From NCBI GenBank assembly GCA_951406725.2, contig OX597827.1, positions 80,290,001 through 80,354,000 on the forward strand: 64,000 nucleotides of DNA, written 5' to 3'. The DNA is from Octopus vulgaris (Eukaryota). This document shows positions 47,960 through 60,645 of this stretch, piece after piece. A model generated the notes under the pieces. The model was not told where the DNA came from. It was given only the letters and a program-made list of their open reading frames with translations, and ran no database searches. The first letter of the stretch is position 1, and the number at the start of each line of letters is the position of its first letter. The position numbers and the translations under genes were made by a program.

Positions 47960-50850
47960 ATACCCAGCGGGATAGGGATGCAGAGGACAGCCTGTATGGA
48001 AGAACAACCACACTTTTACTTAGTTTGACATATCTTTTCAAGCACAGCAAACTGCCAGGAGTCTTGGTCCCCTATCATCCCCTCTGTGAGCCCCAACATC
48101 TGTAGGTCCTTTCTCACCACTTTGTCCCACATCTTCCTGGGTCTACCCCTTCCACATGTTCCCTCTACAATTAGAGATCAGCACCTCTTGATACAGCTGC
48201 TTTCATTCATACACATTACATGACTATACCAGTGCAGTCTTCTCTCGTGCACACTACATCTGATGCCTCGTATACCCAGTTTTTCTCTCAAATCCCTTAC
48301 ACTCTTTTGTATATGCACACTGACATTACCCATCCAGCAGAGCATACTGGCTTTATTTCTTTCAAGTTTTCACATATCCTCAGCTGTCATGGTCCATGTC
48401 TCACTGCCACGTAGCATAGCTGTTTGTACACAAGCATCATACAGCCTGCTTTTCATTCTGCAGGAGACACCCTTTGTTACTATCAGAGGTTGTAGCTCTC
48501 TGTACTTTGCCCATCTAGTTTTATTCTAGCAGCAATGCTTTTGGAACAACCTCCCCCCCACTTCTAACTTGGTCACCTAAGTTACAGAAACTGTCCACTA
48601 CTTCTATGTCACTACTATGACATTTGAGGGAGTCTGTTTCTTGTACATTCCTGGTGTTTAATGTACTTGCACATTTGCCACATGTAAAGACCACTTTCTC
48701 TCTTAGTCTTCCAGTGACACCACTGCACCTCTTATGTGTCCACAGCTTGCACTGGGCACATCTTGTGGAGTTTCTCCTGAAACCTTTTCTGCATATTGAG
48801 CAGAACCATCTCCCTGAAGGGATCTGTGATTTTTTTTTTTTGTACTTACCAATACTTGGTCTTTGCTAAATTAACTCTAAGGACCTTTGATTCCAGACCT
48901 TGCTTCCATACCTGAAATTTCTTCTCCAGTTTTGGTAATGATTCAGTTATAAGAACAAGGTCAACAATGGAGAGGAGCTCTCAAAGGCAGCCAGTTTTGA
49001 ATTCCTATTATAGCTTGGAGAACTATGATAAACAAGCGGGGACTAAGAAACTGATCCCTGGTGGACTCCTATTTATACAGTAAACTCCTTGCTATACTTA
49101 TTGGCAACTCTCATCTTACAAACAGTATCCTTGTACAAAGCTTTTACAGCTCTCACTAACCACTCATCTATCCTTAGCTTCTGCATTGCCTATCAGATAA
49201 GGGAGCAGGGGACCCTCTCAAAGGATTTCTCTATGACAACAAAAGCCAGATACAGAGGTTTATTTTTGGCCAAGCATTTCTCCTGTAGTTGCCTCACCAG
49301 GAAGAGAGCATCAGTGGTGCTTCTCCCTGGCATAAATCCAAACTGCATGTCATCTATGCCTGTCTAAGGCATCACCTTTGCTTTTGTAGCAGTTGACTAT
49401 AATGCTGCTACATCAACCATTGGGTATGCCCCCCTCATAGACAACCTGATTAATACTACAGGTGACCAGGTCAATTCCCACTCTGCCAGATATGTTTAAG
49501 CATCTCAATGGTTATTCCTGATGGGCCAGAGGCTTTCCTCGTCTTCATATCCTTAATTGCTTTCTCTATTTAACTACTGTTGATTCAAATAGCCAGCTTC
49601 TCTGTTGGGTCCACATTAGGTAGGCTCTCCTCCCACACATTCTCTACATTTAGCAACCTTTCATAGTGGTACTTCCTAGCTTCCTTCTTTACTGAATCCC
49701 TAACTGCAAGTGAGCTATCATCCATCCAAATACAGTTCTCTCCTACCGTATCATTATTTTCTCTGATTCACTGTCTTGCAGTCTAAAACACTTCAAGCCT
49801 TTGGTCCTCATGTCACAGAATGTTGGCAAAACTTCCTTCTTTCTGCTTCTCCCTTGGCCAGGTATACCTGTCTTCTAACCTACCTCCTAGCTACCTGATA
49901 TAGTCCTCTGCTACCACCATTCTTCCAGTCCTTTCAAGCCTGTTGCTTTGCTCTAATAGTCTTCTCAAGCACAGCATATTGCCTGATGATTGAAAGGTAC
50001 TTTTAAACAGGCCGGTTATGCTACATGGCTACTATCTCACTTGGTTTGCCGGGTCTTGCGTATCTCCAAAGGTCTTGGTTGCTTGTTATTGCCTCCGTGA
50101 GGCCTAATATTCAAAGGTCGTGCTTCACCACCTCATCCCATTTCTTCCTGAATCTACTTCTTCTACGGGTTCCCTCCACTGTTAGGGTGTGACGTTTCTT
50201 CACACAGCTGTCCTCATTCATTTGCAACACATGTCCATACCAGTGCAGTCATCTCTCTTGCACACCACATCTGATGCTTCACATGTCCAACTTTTCTCTC
50301 AGGGCACTTACATTCTGTCTTGTATGCACACTGACATTATACATCCAGCTGAGCATACTAGCTTTATTTCTTGCAAGCTTACGCATGTCCTCAGCAGTCA
50401 CAACCCATGTTTCACTGCCATATAGCATGGCTGTTTGCACACATTCATCATACAATCTACCTTTAACTCTGAGTGAAAGGCCTTTTGTCACCAGCAGAGG
50501 TAGGAGCTCTCTGAACTTCACCCAGGCTATTCTTATTCTAGCTGCTACGCTCTCAGAGCATTCACCCCTGCTACTGACTTGGTCACCTAGGTAACAGAAA
50601 CTATCGACTACTTCTAGTATTTCTCCCTGGCATCTGATGGAATCTGTTTTCTGTACATCTTTGGTGTTTATTACCACTGTGTACCTGCCACACACAAAAA
50701 CTGTCTTCTCAGTTAGCCTTCTTTTGATATTGCTGCACCTCTTATGTGTCCATAGCTTACACTGGGTACATCTTATTGAGTTTCTACCTATGCCTTTTCT
50801 ACAGATCGAGCAGGGCTATTTCCAGAAGGGATTTGTGATTTGTTTGCCTT
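47960..50850 (-). pseudogene. Two decayed RTE-clade LINE fragments
   Basis: VVDSFCYLGD..ARIRIAWVKFRELLPLL..KGRLYDECVQTAMLYGSETW (50279-50695) and a homologous second copy at 48.2-49.9 kb with FGFMPGRSTTDA-like and GVHQGSV motifs. Related fragments at about 9990-10560 and 42500-42760. Confidence 0.85.
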
Positions 50851-50854
50851 CTTA

Positions 50855-51159
50855 CTTACTAAGACTTATGTGTGTGGCTCAGTTGAGGGAGAGGCCAACA
50901 AAACTCCTTGTAACACCAAAGATGAACTAAAGGCAAGGATTATGGCAGCCTTGACCAACTTAAACAAGGAGACCATCCAGAAGAGTTGCTGGGGATTCCA
51001 AAATCGTCTGGAGGCTGTGGTTGAAGCCAAGGGCGATTTTATTGAATAAATTTACTCTTTAGTACTTCAAGATATTTTATGGTAAATATATCTGTTAAAA
51101 TGAGATACCAGTGTTATTTACTTTTTTGCATAATTTAGACGACAATTTATTCACCGTAT

Positions 51160-51160
<1 letters not shown>
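50855..51160 (+). mobile_element. Tc1/mariner-superfamily 3' fragment
   Basis: YVCGSVEGEANKTPCNTKDELKARIMAA..FQNRLEAVVEAKGDFIE*, a typical transposase C-terminus. Confidence 0.65.
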
Positions 51161-51169
<9 letters not shown>

Positions 51170-51193
<24 letters not shown>

Positions 51194-51382
51194 ACCACCA
51201 CCACTTGACAACTGGTGTTGGTGTGTTTATGTCTCTGTAACTTAGTGGTTCGACAAAAGAGACTGATAGAATAAGTACTAGGCTTACAAAGAATAAGTCT
51301 TGGGGTCGAATTGCTCGACTAAAGTCAGTGCTCCAGGATGGCCACAGTCAAATGACTGAAACAAGTAAAAGAATAAAAAGAA
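51170..51382 (+). mobile_element. SINE 3' half
   Basis: gcaaaagagac.gatagaataagtactaggcttacaaagaataag...ctgaaacaagtaaaagaa-type tail. Confidence 0.75.
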
Positions 51383-51519
51383 TATATATATATATAAGTT
51401 TATATACTATATATACTTTTTATATATATATATATATATATATATTTTTTTTAAAAGGTTGAATGTGAGTTCATCCTTTGTTGGACTGTTTAATAAGTTA
51501 AATCATATACTTGATATTT

Positions 51520-51580
<61 letters not shown>

Positions 51581-52377
51581 TATATAGATAGATAGATAGT
51601 GGGAATTGAATTGTGACTAAGCTCACATCTTAAACTCATTTCATTCTCTGAAGCACTTTGCATTTGGTTTTCTTCTTGCTGCTGACATCTCGTTATGACT
51701 CTTAAAACCTGCGAGTCCCTCGCAAGTCCTTTCACATTGATTAGAAGTCAGTTTCCCAGCAGTTGCAGCCTGATTATTCAAAATGTTGGGATTGATAATG
51801 CTGAGTGAGTCCACTGAGTGAGACCTACACGTTTTATTACAGAAATTGCATGAGAGATCATGCTGGATGAATGGTGGGATGGTGTAGTCTCTATGACTAC
51901 ATTTATGGCTGAGTATACCTACCTTTAAGTACCAGGCATGACCACACCTGTCTCATGAAAGAGACTCTTTTGTGTCCTCCCATATACTTACCATTACAAC
52001 TTGGTGTATGCCACACTGTTGTTCTTGCATCCGTTAACACCAAGCAACCAGATTCCTTCACAATGCTTCACCTGATGCAAGGTTTGCCCAGGTGCTAGCA
52101 TCGATATCGATCGTTTTAAGTGTATCTTTAAGGTTGCTGGTGATATACTTGCGTGGCTTGCACTAGGGGTGTTTTCCTTGCTGCAGCTCACCATACGGCA
52201 CCAGATTTGAGATGCATGTCGTCTCCTCTAAGTGAAGAAGATTACCAGACCGCCCAAGCTGGAGCTTCGTGATCAGGGACATGATACTCATCTTTTCCAC
52301 CAGCTGCAATGCTTTCATATCATGTATGAGATGTTCAGCATATTACGCAAACATTGCCAGTAGAATCACGAGACATT

Positions 52378-52549
52378 TCACACACATACACACGTGCACG
52401 CGCACAGACACGCACGCACAGACACAAGCACACACAGACACAAGCACACACAGACACAAGCACACACAGACATGCACACACAGACACAAGCACGCACCCA
52501 CATATACATATATGTACATATACATATACATATAAGTATATATTATATA

Positions 52550-52593
<44 letters not shown>

Positions 52594-53104
52594 TATAATA
52601 TATATGCATATATATATGTATGTATGTATATATGTATACACAAATATAATATATATGCATATATATATGTATGTATATATATATATATACACACACATAT
52701 ATAATATATATGCATATATATATGTATATATATATACATATACATATCTATATACATATAAATATATAATATATAGGCATATATATATATAAGTATACAT
52801 ACATCTATATATACACACACACACATATATACACATACATATTCATACATATATATGTGTGTGAGTACACACACACACACAAATACATAATACACATGTA
52901 TATACACACACAAACATCTATATATACACAACACACATATATGTATGTTTGTATATGAAGATATCATATAGATACACATGCATATTATACGTATGCGGTG
53001 TATATACACATATATTTATACACCTACGCACGCACATTTACATTTGCATACATGCATACACACATCCACACTTACATATCTGCATAGATGCATATTATAT
53101 ACAT

Positions 53105-53150
<46 letters not shown>
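52378..53150. repeat. (CA)/(TA)-derived low-complexity tract with ACAGACACAAGCACAC mini-repeats
   Basis: Direct reading. Confidence 0.9.
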
Positions 53151-53151
<1 letters not shown>

Positions 53152-53347
53152 TAAGCTTTGTTCTGTGAACTGCAGATAGAAAGAAATTATAGATTCTATT
53201 ATTTGCTAAGATATTGAAAATGACAATGGTTTATTCTGGCATCAGTGTGAATGGTAAGTGAAAGAGAGAGAGAGAGAGAGATCGTGGATGTCAGAAATCG
53301 AAGCATATTTCATGCCTAATGAAGCTGAGATCAAGTTCAGCTGGCAG

Positions 53348-53382
<35 letters not shown>

Positions 53383-54632
53383 GACTTCTACTACTATTTA
53401 TGTTCATCGGGAGACAGCTAAAAGCTCTCTCAGTGTTTGTTTCCTTCTTTTCCTCAGTGTGTGTGCATGCATGCATGCATGTGTGTGTGCATATACATAC
53501 TTATACATATATATATCTTTTATTAAACTTTTAATAATTTTGATATATATTTAAAATAATATAAATTAATTAATTTTATGTATTGGCTTAAGTTTTTCAT
53601 TGTTTGATTTGCCTAATAGTGGTTTTATCTCTAATTTAATATAATATATATATATATATATATAAATATAAATATATATATATATAAACTATATAAGCAA
53701 GCTGTGGACAATATGACTAGGTTTGTGGTCTCTGAATGTGTTTGATGGAGTGAGAGAAGGAAACTACTACAAAAATAAATATATCTCCTAACCAGGCAAG
53801 AGGGGGATTTGCTTAACATTTAGAGAGGGGGAGGGAGAGAGAGATGAAGAGAGACTACGGACGTGTGTCTCCCCCACCCCACCCCCCACCGGCCTTCATC
53901 ACTGTCAGGCTGCAGCAGTTGAGAGCTGGCTACTAAGGTAGTCGGCTACAACAAAGTGTAATAATGATTTTCAAGGACAGGCGTGTTCTGTTCATTGATG
54001 CGGTTGTGGCAGTGAAAAGTGTTCTGTAGTTGCAGTCACGAGACACTTTGAGATTCATTGAGAATTCTCACAGCAACAAACATCACACGATAAGCTTTCC
54101 ACTTGGCAAACGTTGACGCTTCAAATCTTGAATATAATTACCAACATTTATATCAATATTTTTTCTCTTCCTCCTCCTCATCATTATCATCATTATCATC
54201 ATCATCATCACCACCGCTGCCGCTACCACCTCCACCACCACCGCCACCATCATCATCATCATCATAAGCAGCAGCAGTGTATTTTTGCTTTCGTAGCAAG
54301 AGATTCCTATGAAAGCAAAAATACACTGCTGCTGCTTATGATGATGATGACGGTGGTGGTGGTGGTGGTGGCGGCAGCAGTGGTGGTGGTGGTGATGATG
54401 ATGATGATGATGATGTTGACTGTGCAAGAAACTCCCCCTCTCCCCACCCAATGCCAAAATTTCCATTTGTAGTAGTTTCCGAGCATTCTCTGCTAAGGTG
54501 GTTACTACTATGGAACCTATTCTCAACCCCATACAACAACTTATGCCAGAATGCAAAAAGCAGACATGGAGAATAGTGATGATGTTGTCGATGTGGTATT
54601 GATGATTGAATATTGTAGTTAGAGAAAGTATC

Positions 54633-54664
<32 letters not shown>

Positions 54665-54940
54665 TCACTTGATTTTCAGCAACTCTCTTGCACAGGAATA
54701 ACTGCGTACTTCTATATTCAAACTTAAATGTGTTTAATATTGATTTCTAACATAGGTACGAGATCGCAAATGTGTGGGAAGATGGGTAGGATTCAATCAA
54801 CTTTAGTACTAAACTCATACTTATACTATTGTGCATGGATGGAAGGCAAAGTTTTTTTTCTCAGCAAGATTTGAAACTATATTTGCGTGGCTTGTATATA
54901 TATATGTGTGTGTATATATATATGTGTGTGTATATATATA

Positions 54941-54976
<36 letters not shown>

Positions 54977-55258
54977 AGTATACATACATGTATATATACA
55001 CATATTCATACATATATATGTGTGTGTGTACACACACACACACAAATACATAGTACACATGTATATACACACACAAACATCTATACATACACAACACACA
55101 TATATGTATGTTTGTATATATAGATATCATATAGATACACATGCATATTATATGTATGCGGTGTATATACACATATATTTATACACTTACGCACGTACAT
55201 TTACATTTGCATACATGCGTATACACATCCACACTTACATATCTGCATAGATGTATAT

Positions 55259-55296
<38 letters not shown>

Positions 55297-55314
55297 TAAG
55301 CTTTGTTCTGTGAA
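52786..55314 (+). repeat. Pair of about 340-380-bp direct repeats bracketing a 1.8-kb unique segment
   Basis: About 52786-53169 and 54972-55314 align along irregular CA/TA patterns and both end in GTCTAAGCTTTGTTCTGTGAA. Confidence 0.8.
54178..54416 (+). other. Long hairpin / inverted duplication (pre-miRNA- or ADAR-substrate-like)
   Basis: 44-bp core stem 54253-54296 / 54307-54350 with a single G.U pair and a 10-nt loop CAAGAGATTC, extended by mirrored (CAT/CAC)n and (GTG/ATG)n arms. Confidence 0.75.
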
Positions 55315-55728
55315 TATAAAGGTACATGATGCAAGGCAGTTTGTCTGCCACTTTACCAATTTTGCCAATCTGTAATGGTGACCTAGCTTTTGCAGTAATG
55401 AGATTGGCTTAGAAACAGATTAGATTGTTGTTGTTTAGCCCCAGTCCAGCAGACCTGTGATCAAAGGTATTCCAGCCATAATCATCTCACTTTTTTTTCT
55501 GGACAGCATATCAAGAATCCAGAATGTCTTGGTTTAAGACAGAATGATGTAATTAAGATACAGTAAATTGACTTGTAGAGGTTCTCTTATTGCAGCAGTT
55601 GGGCAAATGGTTTTCATTTTTTTATTTCAAAATCTTCCTCGGTTGCTTTCCATTGTACTTTAGTCAATAACAGTAATAATTTCTTGTTTTAATTCAACCT
55701 CATTTATTTTTAGTAAAAGGGTTTTGTA

Positions 55729-56992
55729 TTGGGTTATACCATAAATAATGCAGTTTTTTCAATTGATGAACTAAAAGTTGGAGGGGGATGGGATAAATTA
55801 CTTGCATCAATTTGCTATAAAAGCAGGTAGTAATTATTTTACCTTCTCTTTATTCTTAGTGCAAGTTTTAAAGAGTGCAGTTTGATTTTAACAGTTATTT
55901 TTTCAAAAGCTTTAATGGAAGTGACAGAGGAGCATATTTAGCATATTTTACTTTATGAGTTCAATAAAGGCAACAATGCAATGGAAAGAGCAAGGAATAT
56001 TAATGCAGAATATGGGAATTGGACAATAAGCATAAACCAGTGTCAACGGTGGTTCCAGAAATTCCAAGGCAGAAACTACAGCGTAGAAGACGAGCCTCAT
56101 CCTAGAAGATCTGTAGAGCTCAATGAGGTTGTCCTGCAAACACTGCAACATCGTAACTGTTGAAGGACTAGCAGAGAAGCTTTTATTTGGTCATTCAACT
56201 ATTCATCAACACCTGCATGCCATTGGAAAAGTCAGCAAATTGGGTCAATGGGTTCCTCTAATCATGTGCAGAGGACGAATGTGTGCTTTTCTTTGCTGTC
56301 ACATCTCACAAATGAACCTTTTTTGGACCAAATAGTAACCGGTGATGAGAAATGGGTTTTCTATAAAAATGTCAAGCACTGAAGACAGTGGATAGGGAAA
56401 GGAGAAACACCAGCATGCCAGACTAAAGAAGGTCTTCACCTATGTAAGGTGTTGTTATCTGTTCAGTGGGATGTGAAAGGTTTAGTTCACTTTAGGTTTT
56501 AAACCCAAATCAAATGATAACAAAGGAGATCTGTTGTGAGCAGCTTGAGTGGCTTAAGTCAGCGCTAGAAGAAAAACAGATATGTTAGGTTTCAAGATGA
56601 AAGGTGTTCTTCCATCAGGATAATGCTCAACCACATACAGCGAGGATGACATTCCAAAGGCTGGAGCAATTTGAATGGGAAACGATGCCCCACCCACCGT
56701 ATTCGCCAGACATTGCCCCGTCTGATTATCATTTATTCCACAGTCCTCAAAATCATTTGGACAGAAAAAATATGAATTCTGTAAACAAGGTCAGAACAGA
56801 ACTGGAGGAGTATTTTTTGTCATGCGCAAGTGAATCTTGGAAGAGGGGTCTTGCAAGTCTACCAGATAGATAGAAGAGCATTGTAGAAAATTAAGGAGAG
56901 TATATTTTAGATTAAAAAAGAACCTTGTTTACCTTAATTTTGTAAAACAAAAGAAGTATAAAGAAACTGCATTATTTATGGGATGACCCCAA
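55729..56992 (+). mobile_element. Full-length but inactivated mariner (DD34D-type) transposon
   Basis: TIRs TTGGGTTATACCATAAATAATGCAGTTT / AAACTGCATTATTTATGGGATGACCCCAA with TA duplications (55727-28, 56993-94). Transposase from ATG about 55916 with WVP, TGDEKWV, HQDNAQPH, HPPYSPDIAPSDYHLF; stops and frameshifts. Confidence 0.9.
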
Positions 56993-59639
56993 TAGCTTTA
57001 AAAGAATTTATATTAACTTATCCTTTCAAAACTTAGCTGATGTTTGTAATTTAGGTAACACTTTGTAAAACCCACAGACTAATTATATCACAGAAGTTGA
57101 AATACTTTAAATATATAGTCTATCAAGTCAGCAAACAATGAATTGGGAAACCTCTACATGATTATTTGGCCTGCTAGATATAGCAGCCAAGTCTCTCTCA
57201 AAGTTATTTTATTGCTTGATCAGGAGGGAAAGGTAGTACTCATGACCATTTATAAGGCCTGACAGAAGAGAGGAAGGTATCTTTGAACTGGAGACTGGCA
57301 TGAATGCTTGCAACATTAGAAGTATTAAAGGACAAGGTGTTGGTTCTAAACCAGGCAATGGATTGGTATAACACCCAGTTTGGAGACAGTGGAATTTGAA
57401 ATCAGAATGCAAAGAGTTGGAGCAAATACCACAAGGTATCCCATCTGATGCTCTAGTAATTTCTCTAGTTCACCCCGTTATACTGAGACTTGTTAAGTTA
57501 CTCTCGAAAACTGAGAAGTAAAGCTGATCTTGACTGGATTTGAACTGAGAATGTAAGAGCAAGAAGTCAGAATAAATACTTCAGGGTCTATTTCGTCTCC
57601 TCACCAAATGATTCTGCCAATTCTGACGTTTAAAAATGGAAGCTATTGGATAATATAGTTCTAGCTTTGAATAAGAGATGGAATAGTCATGGTTAGAATG
57701 TCTTTATCAGATATTTGTTGGCTCAGAACTAATCTGGGACAAAATAACAACAACAACAACCGCAGCAAAGAAATATAAGTCAGTGGCTGAATAAAAGCCA
57801 TTGACTTTGAGCAAAGGTCTGATGAAAGCCCTGCTGGAGCAAAGACTTACATGGAGCTCAACAACAACACTGAAAATTAAAAGGGCAAGAGTTAAATTTA
57901 TAGCATATGTTTTTTTTTTCTTAGTTTATGTACATCTTTATAAAAAGACCCGTGTCAACATATTTGAGATATATACTTGATTTTCAAAGATTTTAAAAAG
58001 AGAGGGGAACTTTACTAAAACTTTCTTAAAATATAAATAAGTTCCATTAGGTGTAGTCAAGTGGTTAAGCGGTTCACTACATGTTTCCAGGCTTGGTTGC
58101 TTTCTGTGGAACACTGTAGCCTAAAGGTTGACCAAAATCTTGCGAGAGCAATTTGGTAGATGAAAACTGCAGAAATCCATCACCCACCAATATACCTACT
58201 TATCTTTCTGTTCATAACTGAAATCTTTTATCTATTTATTTATTGGTGCAAACTGGTGTGTTAAATTGTTTTTGTTTTTTTTTTCTAATGCCAAATATGT
58301 AACCTAGTGATGTCAGAAATAGAAGTTGAAAAAAATTAGTACTGGATTTGATACGGGTTAGAAGTGATGCCTCAGCATGGCCACTGTTCAATGAATAAAC
58401 CCTATAAAAAATAAAAGAAAAAATGGGTCAGTATTATCTATAACTAAAGGTGGTATAGCTGATAGAAAAGCAAAGCATATAATCTGTAATCTATAATCCT
58501 TTCAATATTTACATTGTGGTCTCCTACTTCTAAGTTCAAATCCTTTCAGTGTGTTTCGCTTTTTGCTTTTCCATAGTCAATAAAATAATAAGCTTTTGTA
58601 AATATAATGGGCCTTGAACCTAGTCTCGAAAAGATATATTATCTGTAAACTGAAGTGGTTATCAAATTAAGTACTGAAAAAAATGTTTATAAATAATCTA
58701 TATATTAAATATTAGATTGTTCAAACAGATTGTGACTACAAAAAAGATTATTTATATGGAAATTTATAGATTATTTTACTTGTCTAAAATTTCATTCTCT
58801 ATGTGTGATAACAATAGAATTAGAATATGCTATTAATCTTACAAGCAGACACACCTGGTTGGGTGTGGCTTATTCTGTTGTGAAGTTTATGATAAAAGAA
58901 ATCAATAAGATGACTCTTGAAATTTTTTATCCCTTAAAATGTTGAATCCTCTTTCGTATACGTTATTTGACAACCACAGGACTAACACTACTCATGATTT
59001 TATTTATATTTTGTTTTACTACAGTCTATGATCTACAAATACAATGCTTTAAAGAAATGCTAACTATGGAATGAAATCAAAGCCATGATCTATTATACAC
59101 ACAACATTCATAAGACAACAACAACTGACTGATAAACAATGAAATCAAGTCAAAGACACAATTTGATTTTAGATATATATATGTTTGAGTATTATGCTCT
59201 TAACAGCGTTGACTGTGGAATGAAATCAAAGGCATTATTAAAATCTTCAACATAATTAAACAATGTTGTTTAATTATAAATACATTTATAAATTTGTGCA
59301 TCAAAATTTAGATAATATTATTTATAAAACTTGAAATTTCACAGTTCCTGCTAGTTTATATTGTTTGTAAGATAAGATAAACTTACAAATAAGTTTATAT
59401 TGTTTTGCAAAGAGAATATTCGAAATTAAGTGTGTGATAAATAGATGTGTGTGTGCGTATGTGATGCTGATGGCTGCGATCTTGTAACTTAAACTGAAGA
59501 AGACCTACAGCTCTAATGGACTGCTTTTCAGCTGCATGGAATGAGTTAAGGAAGCTACAAACAGCATCAGGCAAGCCATATATTCCACTCACAATATAGA
59601 TCAAGGATAAAATACAGTGTTGCTACCAAGGTAGACATT

Positions 59640-60200
59640 TGTCTAACTTGGTTGTACACTATCTAGATTTAATACACTTGACAAAAGAAGTTGTAGACTT
59701 CCTTGGGTCTGTGATGCATTTGGGAAGTTTGAATTGGGGCTCTCGTTGAAATCAGACATAAAAGCAGCAACAAATGTCGAGGTTTATTGAGCAGATGTCT
59801 TAAAGGCATTGTTGTATGAATGCCAGACCTGGAAACCCTACCGCAAGCATATCCAGGGTTTCAAGCAAATCCCATCAGTGATGCTTGTGCAATACCCTAA
59901 GGCCCCATCGTGATCTAATATGTGTGATACGAGAGAGTTCTACAGCTGGCAAAAACGACGAGTATCAAGTTCATGGTTACAGAACACCAATTTAGATGGT
60001 CTGGTCATCTTGTCCACTTAGAAGACTCCTGCATGCCAAAACGGGTGCCATATGGTGAGCTGGCACAAGGAAAATGTCTCCAATGCAAGCCACACAAGTG
60101 TTTCTAAGACAATCTTAAAGAGACAATTACAAAGATAACACCTAGAAAGATCTTTGAGAACAACATGGTTGCATACACCGGATGAAATGTAAGTTTATTG
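59640..60200 (+). pseudogene. RTE-BovB-like LINE 3' fragment
   Basis: LLYECQTWKPYRKHI and [23 protein letters not shown]. Confidence 0.7.
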
Positions 60201-60332
60201 TGAACTCTCTCTCTTTGAAAAGGCTACTAAAGAGTTTCTTTGTGTGACCAGTGTGGTTGTGACTGATTCTCAAAGGCAGACCGACTTAGCCACAAGCATG
60301 GTCATACAGGTGTCCCCATCTACCTATGTGAT

Positions 60333-60645
60333 ATACAAGGGGTGTTCATTTAGATTTCCCCTGACCCACTTCCCAAGGACTGGAATAAACAATGGCCACC
60401 ACCAATGGTGACACATTTCTTCCATTGCTTTATGCAGCTGTGAAGACCTCTTCTGTAGAAGTTGGTAGGTTGCGTCTGGAGCCAAGACTTTCCCTCTGAA
60501 ATAACTTCATCATCATCCAAAAAGTCCTTCCCCTTCAAAAGAGGACTTCATGGTTGGAAAGAGGTGAAAGTCACATGTTGCGAGGTTGGGAGAGTAAGGA
60601 GGATGAGGAAGGATTTCATAGCTGCAGGAGTGTGCTCTCATCGGT
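60333..60645 (-). mobile_element. Mariner 3' fragment (different family)
   Basis: Hand-translated YSPNLATCDFHLF-like motif; FLDDDEVISEGKSWLQTQPTNFYRRGLHSCIKQWKKCV. Confidence 0.7.

Noticed and set aside
52269-53179. Long Y/I/C/V/H/T-rich ORFs up to 224 aa (also 54821-55250)
   Set aside because: Stop-poor (CA)/(TA) dinucleotide tracts, not coding.
54083-54668. Poly-His/Pro ORFs on both strands with similar peptides
   Set aside because: Mirror artefact of the inverted repeat and trinucleotide tracts.
57815-57850. CTGATGA followed by a weak stem
   Set aside because: No GAAA or NUH in register; not a supportable hammerhead.
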